IMG/VR virus record: IMGVR_UViG_3300020470_000123
Location: 1-31,500 of that record
Direction: 5' to 3' (one strand)
Length of the DNA stretch: 31,500 nt
Source of the DNA: a virus
Taxonomy: Duplodnaviria > Caudoviricetes
Part shown: in pieces, positions 22,001 through 28,155 of the stretch
Numbering within the stretch: the first letter of the stretch is position 1
Layout: each line of letters starts with the position of its first letter
Translations under genes and position numbers: made by a program
Notes under the pieces: generated by a model
Seen by the model: only the letters and a program-made list of their open reading frames with translations
The model's database searches: none
Told to the model about the DNA's origin: nothing

Positions 22001-24618
22001 CCTATACCAAGATTAGAATTACCATTACTGTCGTAGTAAACTACCTCACCATTTGCCAAATTATGCTCTGTAGTGAATGTAATTGTTTCTTTTTCAATTG
22101 ATAAACCACCAGAAAAGAATATATCTCTACTATCAAAGGATAATTCACGAACTCTTTTACTTACAACAGGTTCTAATTGACATCCAATACCATTACCACC
22201 AGTAATAGAAACTGAAATTACATCATTTATATCAAATTCATGTGGATCTACATAAATCTTTTTAACAGATCCAGTTATAACAGGTTCAATTAAAGCAGTT
22301 GTGCCTGTACTAACTGTGCTATCATCTGTAATAAGTTTAGGTGGATTAATAACATCATAACCAGATCCACCATTATAAACTTCAACAGAAGTTAATGGAC
22401 CATAATAAATGTAATCTTCAGATATTGGTGTTTTTATTTGAACACCATCAATCATCATACCAATATCATTAAGTGGTGTCTCTCCTTTTCCAGAAACAAA
22501 TAAATTTTGATATAATGGGAATTTTCTTAAAACTTTATTTGATGTTAGATTTTTATTATTATGAGATAATTTTGTGAAATTATGATTACCTTCTAATGGT
22601 TGTAAACCTAATTTAACATTAGTTTCAGTACCAATTAAACCTCTTGAAAGATATAATTTAATTTTTCCTGGATTTCTAACTAAAACTTCAACATAATATC
22701 TCTGACCTGATACTAATCCTGGAATTTCTGTTCCATCTGTAGTGTATACAATAGAATCTCCTGTAATGAATTCAATAGGATCATCAAAAACTATATTATT
22801 ATATTCTTCAGTGTCTACATTATAATCCGTAATATGTGTAGCATCTGCTGTTGAAATGCCAGATTTTATGATATTGGTAGAAATTTCATAACTTGGTAAT
22901 GAGTTTGAAGCAACATAACCATCAATATCACCATCAACATAAACATTCAATACATCAGAAAGAATCTGATTATTACCATCTTGCAGTTCAACACCAGAAC
23001 TAGTAGCTTTTTTTAACTTTCTTACTAAATCATATTCCTTTAAAGGATCTGCATTGAATGCATTAATACCAGATAATACTACAGTTTTTGTAAAAGGATC
23101 TATTGAATTTACAATAGCATTAGAAAATACAGCAACAGATTGGTTTCTTTCTAAAATATCAACAATATCATTAACTTTTAAACTTGATTTATCGATTTCT
23201 GTAGATAATATAAAGTTTGGTTTGTTGACATCTTTTATTGGGAATCTACAAGATGTATTGTATATGAAAGAATTGGCAAATATCTGCTTATATGTGTAAT
23301 CAGATTGTGGATTTGGTATCGATTCGCCAACATTCTTAACATATACACTTTCACCTTCATTAACTAATGAAATATCTGAGACTGGTATGAACTTAGAAAG
23401 AACACCAGTAATTCTTAATTCTACTTTTTTCTCTAAATCTCCGTCTTCATAACCAAATATAACCTCATCTGATCTTAAATCAGCACCCATAGGTATATCA
23501 TTGATATTACCAGTACACCCAAAGAACTGATTAATACTCTTTGAAGTATATGAAATAATATTATCACCACATAAAACTGTTCCAGTTTCATGAAAACCGA
23601 CTGTTGAATCAACTGTAATAATAGTTGAATTTGCTCCTGTCGCTTCTAAAACTCTAGTTTTACCTGGAATAGTAAATGTTCCTTCAATTAAGTCTCTATC
23701 ATTAAATCCAACAAATAAAGAAAGTTTATAATATGCCTTATTTTCTCTTGTTAATATCTCAACTTCCGATACAGAAGCATTTGTTCTTAAATCAGTAGAT
23801 TTATAGATTGTTTGACCTACTAACTTTGCTGGATCACCACTAATAGGATCTGCAATAACAACTTCTCTACGAATAAACTCCGCATCAGAAGGTTTAATTA
23901 AACGCTCTTCTAAATCTAATACCTGAGATTCTACACCATAAAGAACTTTAAATAATATTTTTATAGACTCTTCAATACCTTTTGATTGATAAAAAGTTCT
24001 TGCATGCTTTATAAAATTACCAACATCAAGGTCTGGAGTAAAATCGTTATCCTCTAAACCAGGTAAAAATGTTCTTTTTAACTTTTTATAGAACTCTTGA
24101 ATGAAAAGTACACTTAGATTAGTAACTGATTGTGTACCAGTAACATCTGCAGTATGATTTGCAGCAGTTGTATTCTCAAAAACTAGACTTTCTTTATTAA
24201 CATCGTCAATAAAAGAAGAAATTCCTACATTATAACCAGTAATACCACTAAATCCACGAATACATCCTGTAAATGAAGTATCTGTCTTACCAGTATATGT
24301 GATAATTTCATCGTCAATCTTTAAAAGACCATATTCAGCAGGATATCCCTTTGTTGAAGAAACTTCAATAGTAGTATCTGTAGCACTAATATCTGATAAA
24401 AGAGTAGTGACACCAACTACAACCTCTGGAACTAGGTTATCAACCTTGATATACTGATCAAAGTTACTAATTAAGTCTGATGGAGCACCTTGTGCTTCTT
24501 GTGAAATATAATATTGCTTAAAAAACTCAGTTGCCTTGGGAAAGTCGCTAATTAAAAACTCAGGTAACTGACTTTCAATTATTTTATTGACTTTTACTCT
24601 ATTATCTACATTTAACAT
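10039..24618 (-). CDS. gp7: giant T4-like baseplate wedge initiator gp7 with many inserted repeat domains
   Basis: 4859-aa uninterrupted ORF between gp6 and gp8. N-terminal SQLPEF..., FYQSKG.EESIKILFK.LYG, and an internal NDYFQNLSYSVKS...LVHPSG motif typical of gp7. Confidence 0.88.
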   Translation of the reverse strand: MLNVDNRVKVNKIIESQLPEFLISDFPKATEFFKQYYISQEAQGAPSDLISNFDQYIKVDNLVPEVVVGVTTLLSDISATDTTIEVSSTKGYPAEYGLLKIDDEIITYTGKTDTSFTGCIRGFSGITGYNVGISSFIDDVNKESLVFENTTAANHTADVTGTQSVTNLSVLFIQEFYKKLKRTFLPGLEDNDFTPDLDVGNFIKHARTFYQSKGIEESIKILFKVLYGVESQVLDLEERLIKPSDAEFIRREVVIADPISGDPAKLVGQTIYKSTDLRTNASVSEVEILTRENKAYYKLSLFVGFNDRDLIEGTFTIPGKTRVLEATGANSTIITVDSTVGFHETGTVLCGDNIISYTSKSINQFFGCTGNINDIPMGADLRSDEVIFGYEDGDLEKKVELRITGVLSKFIPVSDISLVNEGESVYVKNVGESIPNPQSDYTYKQIFANSFIYNTSCRFPIKDVNKPNFILSTEIDKSSLKVNDIVDILERNQSVAVFSNAIVNSIDPFTKTVVLSGINAFNADPLKEYDLVRKLKKATSSGVELQDGNNQILSDVLNVYVDGDIDGYVASNSLPSYEISTNIIKSGISTADATHITDYNVDTEEYNNIVFDDPIEFITGDSIVYTTDGTEIPGLVSGQRYYVEVLVRNPGKIKLYLSRGLIGTETNVKLGLQPLEGNHNFTKLSHNNKNLTSNKVLRKFPLYQNLFVSGKGETPLNDIGMMIDGVQIKTPISEDYIYYGPLTSVEVYNGGSGYDVINPPKLITDDSTVSTGTTALIEPVITGSVKKIYVDPHEFDINDVISVSITGGNGIGCQLEPVVSKRVRELSFDSRDIFFSGGLSIEKETITFTTEHNLANGEVVYYDSNGNSNLGIGPAFDTTNTSDGTLATGAPYNVSVVNTRTIHLYNSYEDAMTGINTIGLSTATNASGIHKFRTSTKNVLQSVKVLNSGSGYTYRKLNVKPSGVSVAFDTINFKNHGFSDGDLVEYHNTGTGIGGLETGIGYYIMKIDDDSFKLANAGIATTPSKSNYDRGEYVNLTSTGIGYQTFKYPDISVNCEVSYASTVTGSFNFTPVVTGEISQAYLYEEGDNYGSPILNHEKNPVVEIKVGRDAEIKPIIVEGKIVDAVVLNRGKEYFSLPEIEIEATGITTTGVTGNGAILRPVITDGKLTSVVVINGGTGYSADKTKLYVKSTGINGLLEPRVRRLTVDNRKRLGTFSIEGNDEELHFGLYGYNEDIANTFNDDGTSHSPIIGWAYDGNPIYGPYGFSKTDELGPGVRLMNPGYKLDMTQVNNRPNAFDEGFFTEDYYFDSSGDLDVHNGRFCKTPEFPNGIYAYFAGVTTAMSGPNIGKLEPKYPYFIGNTYRSPFISSNTTLSHSFDFNNTSFARNTFPYKVGDPDANNDFIVESNERVRQLSTIESVTVGEIDGLEVLDGGVGYQVGDFTVFDNSGTSGSGLRGQVKSIVGLGVSSIETELESYENAVFTWKNNTEVQAHYLPFIELNDKDTISVSGLSSSIVYLTDSFQIGVSTNTIGLAQSMTSNAVVDGRVDDIYVNIIPDTVSIGSTLKIDQNELVKVLNIFDMGSILRVKRFGPGIAHTYGSNIDILNSHISIPVKTKQFESKINDKVYFNASQAVGTGVTVGGGITKEYRIGDTISEVSIPTRSIYLPNHPFKTGQKLIFSKRGTANSLIVGDTEEAVLNFSLPNVTTDRSIVYAINKGQNYVGLVTQVGAATTSEGLFFKGNESDDYEYLLESTFEQVTGDIDKIVSTVTTNIAIANTESHSLSNGDVVSLNVVPNTVVGVGSTAPLSLIYNEDHEIILVNRVGFTSAGIDTTTNRITVPSHGFKTGDKIFYDADEDTSSVGGLPISSSYFVYELNRDQFSVAKTLKDVQVDPPLLIGISSTGAVDHTVAAINPQIDVIKNSKLTFNVSDSSLLGYELKVFYDKEFKNEFISSQDNNNFNVSGVGTVGVGTESTISLAFSKTTPSRLYYTLEKSGYISTADTTIPNYSEINFVDSAYSGDYKIFGITSDTFKVSPRSIPELLSYKEDQCDTIEYATESKSVSGPIKEIRVISKGFDYKQLPKFSSIVSLNGKNANIVALSTSIGRINSVRIVDYGYEYSSDKTLSPEAFVSPVVRIDDLDSIVSITVTDGGNEYLSAPDIIVYDPEKDEIIDDTSLLAEVPYQTISNVNVIAPIQGLSSINHRIITINNSNGIGINSMEGGGSGIVTCTLETPIGGFRVAPFETGDEVFVEGVELFGEAGIGTQSNVSAGVATGGDGYNSSNYQFRFFKVQDFVNSDPAVLKYSITGLTTNPGIAKTYQSGYANIVNKKNYPILEAVQERGEFIINEPLLVEENNKFISKNIKIADTREDFIKIDGTFRLKVGYRIKGETSNVSATITSIVENKARFEVDYANRQEYGWTDDSGKLNEDIQVVPNNDYFQNLSYSVKSPITWDKFVDPVNRLVHPSGLKNFADTSIETVVGNVGVGTSVSSVPVIVVDLLGERRVDTINNFDLAKDYDTRGNKSKFVTFENLKLTDYTKCKTNRVLLHDDISSKFSSKGLQDLFTEIEEIDSNFARYLVQIVDADTQDAQLSDMVVLTTTNDAFLVEKTTDWTKHKLGDFEALSDSFQRKTLNFNPIERYDRDHDIKVYKIDFTTNRITDGTDTIGSLDFKASNVKVAIADTDSNNNVSGFTTTTLATFDHTDFNGFYASVVVQDDITKDLNYGEVIVDFDGTNLYYTESYIDTLNISYSSSQVGVLTARFDAGTIYFECENQTKRVINVSTNVVGLGTTTAGIGTYRFSVPGQPVGAERSGRLESTYHTGTSTPILVTRTHKDIDSAVKSFVRVSNETGGSAMHQVVSIQDGSDTTTIQYPFTGATTSGLGTFGTVTVGDYNELNFYPDTSETTLIEVQAYNEVLNTINDFANEPLSLKYGPLEKSIILSAYDGVNGTRANKVNFDLTFEGTPIYSKIFNPADLVLEQTGFNIPNHFFNNNEEIKYIPGSTFVGIGSTAISIGSTANNVGVVTDILPSTLFVKAIDSNNIELYTQKEYITSGLPVKITGVGEGNAHKFEMTNKLSKTVIGLDGIVQQPITFTAIEHTLDGAIGIGNSQFVLSGISSVQPRDVLKVGPEYMKVEQIGFSSLPQGVINKAEDVALGICTLPVVKVRRGSLGIGATEHADGAAARVHRGSFNIVDSTAWFLDPPKGNTRERRNETNLPYVRAEFSGRTFLRQNYTTNMVFDDISDNFTGIGRTYTMTVGGANTETGVGIGNGILFINGVFQTPLTVNNAGNNYEFEQDTNVGVSSVVFTGISSENGQMMQSEFDINQNQLPRGGLIVSMGSTPGLGYAPLVGAKVKVESVENTNRFANRSINGIVGLGTSSGLTIGIQTAAYDNTTGILTVTTNKVHGFSLGSPNTVKLKGLEFKCPTYTVGQPITGTTYDPNTGDMVIKITNHGLSNGDSIKLKEESITFSCGFGGGGQVNKSYPRSTDPAFDKYMTISNVTTDTFKVNVLFGISPTNTDAHTFVGASPDCVQSLNYVGVTTSLFQDERPNAKDKERALQLVGIVSERSFEVQVGLTSIAHIYHGGGWAYEFWNDLTMGSGYREPVAIGVTDILYDHKFVSSADDSVTANTGTQYTPSTVDYHSENGELVLTVGTHNLQAATEHTPDSVTYSASTGKITVTMAGHPFVNGDLVKIKDYSIALKCEMDNYGSVHKYPRPSDPISGKWVAVQNKTTNTFKIDVGTSPTVTFTPSDVDYDPVTGLMELHIGSHTLRPGTSIKIATNSLGFTCDVDNNTSTKTYPRSSDPYNDTAIKIESVTDTTITVQVLSVQPSTNTARHTFVSAVPNCISTGGNYTHQFDSVVPGGILKASNTVTIVDNSLTFTCSRDSHRSPHTYPRTTDPASGQTLGVERIANNSFTVNVGTGGGGGRGAIVEAKVATNKHKFVSSSAGSFTIGSGGVLTPTNAKYNPATGELVVIKTSHGVGGATTITPSDVSYNEITGDLTITKNNHGFAQFDTILIEDNSLTFTCTKDGNVTRHHYPRPTDYASGRWLFITNASLNTFTVNVNPNPSSEKYPHTFIQPAVNGCIQKSNETVTIASNSLVFTCEHDLHQTLHSYPRTTDPAFGVSLPVGKATADTFRIMVGKSPAGTGGALDLVIKDPGGKYVNPEIQLPDPIYENVPIVGISRLGVGKTTDTGNNLLMNMAVGAARTSVGIARSMFEISEFEIARPGHSFKIGDKFKPQGLVVDKRLQKPIQEFELEVVETFSDFFSAWQFGELDFIDSISLMQTGSRRRFPLFFNGQLLSFEVDEESALSDQIDLNAVLLIFVNGVLQTPNISYQFEGGTTFTFTEAPMASDKVDVFFYKGEEGVDIEIVDVNETIKIGDDIHLIKHPDFLNPNVEPFTETQEKDRPVKSILGSDLVETTVYTGIGITEFYAKPLDWTKQKTDFWIKGDLISKAREQLEPQIYPTAKIIASVGSTTGSTTAETDGIFVDDAESFFYEEAPLHLKVEDRYGVSIESVDALLLPPANFIGAAITAIVSNKGDIESLVINEEGNGYVGAAITLSISAPIGVGIGTTERNKYAVTGISTFAEANATVTDGKITGYNITNIGLGYTHSNPPQVVIPDAYYGSEKILEIKNVQGFAGIITGISTSAGTNGHPLALRFAFRADKPTTDLKAGHYVYISDTPFTVGGAKTDAEYLPFNDGSIQPNNNRFIAGIGGDPTTSVDKNDNEIIAIGSGFMDNIYKVSEIAYTSGENGEIVCNIKNTNDVITGLAATGFHDAGGVNIDEPTNIGLTTTYGKISWGRLYNATRAESPISIGVTGLTVDSGLSTFPTIQRRSYARSSLKGLRNTGAIRIQIS
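12190..14480 (-). repeat. degenerate ~90-100 aa protein repeats within gp7 (Y(D/N)xxTG...H....I...SLxFTC...YPRxxDP)
   Basis: Six YPR motifs: KSYPRSTDP, HKYPRPSDP, KTYPRSSDP, HTYPRTTDP, HHYPRPTDY, HSYPRTTDP. An identical 17-mer tcagttgttcttggata occurs at 12263-12279 and 12929-12945. Boundaries are approximate. Confidence 0.85.
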
Positions 24619-24621
24619 ATT

Positions 24622-26571
24622 TTATTCCCTTTCCAATTTCCCATTTGAGTAACTTGAAGTGTAATAATCTCTTGAGAATACAACGCCCGATACATCTTCG
24701 CCCGAAGCAATTACATCCTTAACCATATTTATCTTAGTATTAGAAACATCAAAACTTAGGTATAAATCCTTTAATCCAACAACATCATTAGAATCAGGGA
24801 ATGCCTGTATCTCAATTATGTCGTTAGGTGAATTTGTTTCTGTTATATTAATAGTATTTAATAGTATTTCACCTTTTTTATAATCGACTGTTCCTATAGA
24901 TTTAACTACAACCCGTAGTTCATCCTTTTTGTTCCGTGAAATTGCACTTAATATTCCCATATGAGTTCCATCAAGATCTCCTTTATCAGTTTTATTTGGA
25001 ACATCAGTTAAGTAAAGAATATCATCTGAACCAGAAACCTTAAATCCAGTACTTTTTATATTAAATCCTTCAGGATTAATATGGAATCTATTACCAAAGC
25101 ACAATTCATACTGTGCAAATTGGTTAATTAGCACCTTCATATCTCTTCTAATCTTAACTTTAGTAATATTAGAAGTAATTGCAGAATCAACTCTATCAAT
25201 TAACTGTAGTACCTTACTATACTTAAACCTACCACCAAACTTATTAATATCAATATTTTTAGAGTAGTCTGATAAAGTACTTGTGATATTTGATTTTAAA
25301 TTATTTGAATTAGAAACTTGAGCAGAATTATAGTAAATCGTACTATCTAACTCAACATAAAGTATCTTAAGATCAATAATGTCAGCGTCAATACCAGCAA
25401 TAGAGTAACTTTTAAGTTTATTTTTAATCTGTTGCTTATCAAAATCTGATACATAAGTACCATTTTTAGGCTTTATACTGATCTGAACTCTACCGAATTG
25501 TGGTGGATCTAATTCCTCACCACCAACAACAGCAACTGACTCTGTTCTAGAGTAAATTGACTGTATAATTGCCTCATAATCCCTTCCTGTAACTGCTCTA
25601 TACTGTGCTGAGTACAGTCTAGGTGCAAAATACTTAATAGAGGAAAGGTCTTCTTGTTCAGCACCGTTAGAAGCGTTCTGAACGGTAGTTACTATGATGC
25701 CACCATCAGGAATAACGGTTAATGCACCGATATCACTAGGAGCTTTATCCGTAAAAACACCTGCAAAATCAAATTCTCCTGTAGAACCTGCTCTACCACC
25801 TGCACCATTACCTTCTTCACCATCAGTAATAATGAATCTAACAGTAATAACTGATCCATTTTCTAGTTTTTTACCAAAATAACCATCACCAAAGAGGATT
25901 TCATACTTCTCATCCTGTACTTCTTGTATAAAGAAGATCTCAGAGTTCTTATTAACATTTAAAATGTTGTCTACCTTGGAAAATTCTCTTCCAAGACCAG
26001 TATCAGAAGGTCCAGCAACATAAATTTTGATAGTATTGGCATCAATATCACTATTTGAAAGAATAAATCTCTGATCTTTTGAAGTATTGATCTGAAATTG
26101 CTTCTCTAACAGTGTTCCTTGTAAAACTTCGATGTTTTCAAAGGTTGCTGTACCGTTAATTAGAGATGCAGTATAGGGTTCAACGGTTGAAAACCTATAT
26201 GTAGTGTCATTTGCCTCTCCTATGCACACTAAACCTGGTTTTAGGTACATTCTAGGTGCAGAATTAGTACTTGCAACATCAAATGAAATCGTTGCCTTTG
26301 CAGCAGTTTTTGAACGGGGTACATAACCTATGTTACGAGCAAGAGAAACCACATTTTCCCTTATAACTGCAGAGTCTAGGAAGGTTTCATTCGCAACTAA
26401 GTTGGCATTGAAGGCATTAATGTAAGTATTATAGGCAAGTGTATCAATTAATACGCTAAAATTAGAACCTTCAAAGTCAAAATCGGAAAAATTGCTGTTT
26501 GAACGAAGATAATCTCGTATTTGAGCCTTGATTTGTGTAAAATCTAAATTGGCAAACTGAGTAAATGGCAT
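24622..26571 (-). CDS. gp6: T4-like baseplate wedge subunit gp6
   Basis: 649-aa ORF with LDFxQIK..., DFDFEGSNFSVLID.LAYNTY, FLDSA..RENVVSLA..IGYVPRS, YEILFGDG..GK and QYRAVT..DY. Confidence 0.95.
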   Translation of the reverse strand: MPFTQFANLDFTQIKAQIRDYLRSNSNFSDFDFEGSNFSVLIDTLAYNTYINAFNANLVANETFLDSAVIRENVVSLARNIGYVPRSKTAAKATISFDVASTNSAPRMYLKPGLVCIGEANDTTYRFSTVEPYTASLINGTATFENIEVLQGTLLEKQFQINTSKDQRFILSNSDIDANTIKIYVAGPSDTGLGREFSKVDNILNVNKNSEIFFIQEVQDEKYEILFGDGYFGKKLENGSVITVRFIITDGEEGNGAGGRAGSTGEFDFAGVFTDKAPSDIGALTVIPDGGIIVTTVQNASNGAEQEDLSSIKYFAPRLYSAQYRAVTGRDYEAIIQSIYSRTESVAVVGGEELDPPQFGRVQISIKPKNGTYVSDFDKQQIKNKLKSYSIAGIDADIIDLKILYVELDSTIYYNSAQVSNSNNLKSNITSTLSDYSKNIDINKFGGRFKYSKVLQLIDRVDSAITSNITKVKIRRDMKVLINQFAQYELCFGNRFHINPEGFNIKSTGFKVSGSDDILYLTDVPNKTDKGDLDGTHMGILSAISRNKKDELRVVVKSIGTVDYKKGEILLNTINITETNSPNDIIEIQAFPDSNDVVGLKDLYLSFDVSNTKINMVKDVIASGEDVSGVVFSRDYYTSSYSNGKLERE

Positions 26572-26575
26572 ATTA

Positions 26576-26977
26576 TTATCTGGTTGGTTCTAATAGGAAG
26601 GTAAATGACTGAGTTGGTAATTTTAATCCAACAATATCAAAGAAAACGACTATATTAAAGGCATTATTATCAGGATAAGGATCTAATTCAACTCTTAGAT
26701 TATTAACTCGTGGTTCATAACGACTTACTGTCTCATTTATTTGATCTTCAACCACCATTGTGAGTGTAGGTGTAAAGTTTTCAAATAAACTGGCACGAAT
26801 ATCAGTTCCAACATCTGGATTAAAGAATCTTTCGTTAGGAATAGTCTCTACTAAATTTCTTACCGATCTTACAATTGCACGTTCATTCTTCAATACAGGT
26901 AGATCTTTTGTCACAGGATGTGGTTCAAAAGAAAAACTAATATCTTTAAATGCTCTAGACTTTCGTGTTATTGACAT
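26576..26977 (-). CDS. gp25: T4-like baseplate wedge subunit gp25
   Basis: 133-aa ORF with FKDIS.SF..HPVT.D, AI.RSVRNLVET...ERFF.P..G....LFE and YEPRV (GPW/gp25 family). First gene of the wedge operon. Confidence 0.95.
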   Translation of the reverse strand: MSITRKSRAFKDISFSFEPHPVTKDLPVLKNERAIVRSVRNLVETIPNERFFNPDVGTDIRASLFENFTPTLTMVVEDQINETVSRYEPRVNNLRVELDPYPDNNAFNIVVFFDIVGLKLPTQSFTFLLEPTR

Positions 26978-27011
26978 CGAAAAGGCAATATTTAGTACTA
27001 TTTACATCTTT

Positions 27012-27019
27012 TATTTATG
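27012..27019 (-). promoter_or_regulatory. late promoter variant CATAAATA upstream of gp25
   Basis: Plus-strand tatttatg is CATAAATA on minus, matching the NATAAATA cyanophage late consensus. It is intergenic, just downstream of a terminator and 34 nt upstream of the gp25 ATG. Confidence 0.75.
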
Positions 27020-27035
27020 ACAACAACTAGACATT

Positions 27036-27056
27036 AAAAAACCCCCTTTCGGGGGT
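27036..27056 (-). terminator. Rho-independent terminator
   Basis: Minus strand reads ACCCCC-GAAA-GGGGGT followed by a T-run (GNRA tetraloop), a few nt after the stop of the 49-aa ORF. Confidence 0.88.
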
Positions 27057-27061
27057 GAGGG

Positions 27062-27211
27062 TTATTTACCTTGTCCTCTGTACTTTTTCTTTGCTTTGTT
27101 TCGAGACGAAGCGGAGTACTTAGTATGTTTTCCGTTTCCTTGTCGAGTCTTCTTCGGGATTGATTCTAACTGAACATTTCCCCATGCACCTGTTTTGGTT
27201 CTTACTGCCAT
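27062..27211 (-). CDS. small, highly basic conserved cyanophage protein (49 aa; not in ORF track)
   Basis: Manual translation: MAVRTKTGAWGNVQLESIPKKTRQGNGKHTKYSASSRNKAKKKYRGQGK*. GAGGA RBS upstream, ATG directly after the previous TAA, terminator downstream. Confidence 0.85.
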   Translation of the reverse strand: MAVRTKTGAWGNVQLESIPKKTRQGNGKHTKYSASSRNKAKKKYRGQGK

Positions 27212-27382
27212 TTAGTCCTCTTTAATAATAATTTCAGTTCTTAGACCTTGTGGGTTATGAGATCCATTATCATAGAACTCATAGGCAAGGTCTTCCATTG
27301 CGTTAAAGTATTCATCTTGGGTGAGGTTCTTAAAGAGAATCTTCTCACCCTCATAGATGTTATATAACTCTTGTTTTTTCAT
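27212..27382 (-). CDS. small hypothetical protein (56 aa; not in ORF track), probable paralog of 28706-28876
   Basis: Manual translation: MKKQELYNIYEGEKILFKNLTQDEYFNAMEDLAYEFYDNGSHNPQGLRTEIIIKED*. AGGA just upstream, overlaps the glycosyltransferase 3' end. Confidence 0.8.
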   Translation of the reverse strand: MKKQELYNIYEGEKILFKNLTQDEYFNAMEDLAYEFYDNGSHNPQGLRTEIIIKED

Positions 27383-28115
27383 GTCCTACACGAACACGAG
27401 GATCGCACCAGATTTCAAAACCTGCTTCTTTCGCATCTAAACAGAACGAGACGTCTTCGCCACACATATCCTGAACTTCGCCAGATTCAAAGACTTGCAT
27501 CTTTGGAGCGAACCAAGGGTATGGAAGACCTTCGTGTTCAAATACTCCTTTCTTAATAAGTAACCATCCGAATCCTGCGTAGTCCACAGTAAATGGTTTC
27601 TTTCTTTTCGAGATGCTTTCGATGGTTTCGTGATTCATAACGCCCCCATTAGATCTAAAGTCATCTTCTTCCATCCAGTGTGCAACCGAGGTGGTTTTGC
27701 CGTCCTCAGTACAATACCAACCAGACGCTATGTCCTTATCCATCAGAACGATCTGCCAGAACTTCTCTGTGTTAAACACAATGTCGCTATCAATCCATAA
27801 CTGATAGTCATAGTTTAACTTACCGTCCCAAGGTAACTGATCAGGTCCCCGAAGAACATTAGCACCTAAGCACTTGCATCGTGCAAAGTTGACCATTGAT
27901 GAGTAATCCTGTGAGATTTGGATACTTGCTCCACTTTGAACCAGATCAAAGCATAGCTGTACAAAACTCTTCAAAAATGCATATGATACTCCTCTACCAG
28001 GTAAGCAGAATACAACTGTCTTACCTTTCACCATCTCCCTTGCTTTATCATAGTCAAAATCTGGTTCCTTTTTGACAACGGGAGATTTAGCTTTAACTGT
28101 AAATCCTTTCGCCAT
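27360..28115 (-). CDS. conserved cyanophage GT-A fold (GT2-like) glycosyltransferase
   Basis: 251 aa. DxD motif in LWIDSD, VDYAGFGWLLIKKGVFE, GEDVSFC...G..IWCDP.V.VGH, the GT2-type catalytic ED and C-terminal H. Confidence 0.75.
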   Translation of the reverse strand: MAKGFTVKAKSPVVKKEPDFDYDKAREMVKGKTVVFCLPGRGVSYAFLKSFVQLCFDLVQSGASIQISQDYSSMVNFARCKCLGANVLRGPDQLPWDGKLNYDYQLWIDSDIVFNTEKFWQIVLMDKDIASGWYCTEDGKTTSVAHWMEEDDFRSNGGVMNHETIESISKRKKPFTVDYAGFGWLLIKKGVFEHEGLPYPWFAPKMQVFESGEVQDMCGEDVSFCLDAKEAGFEIWCDPRVRVGHEKTRVI

Positions 28116-28147
28116 AACTTAGTGTAATTACCTTCACATATTACACT

Positions 28148-28155
28148 AATTTATA
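28148..28155 (-). promoter_or_regulatory. possible late promoter TATAAATT
   Basis: One mismatch to TATAAATA, intergenic, 32 nt upstream of the glycosyltransferase ATG. Confidence 0.5.

Noticed and set aside
10039-24618. Possible intein, intron or DGR target explaining the size of gp7
   Set aside because: The frame is uninterrupted. I saw no intein splice motifs or homing endonuclease signature, no reverse transcriptase, and no near-identical template/variable repeat pair. The size is explained by repeat domains.
326-27020. Many plus-strand ORFs (e.g. 326-520, 2255-2644, 3862-4137, 10805-11128, 20423-20674, 26760-27020) and short alternate-frame minus ORFs (2475-2663, 17721-17924)
   Set aside because: They lie wholly or almost wholly inside well-supported minus-strand genes. 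They are explained as antisense or alternate-frame shadows of codon bias and show no recognisable motifs.
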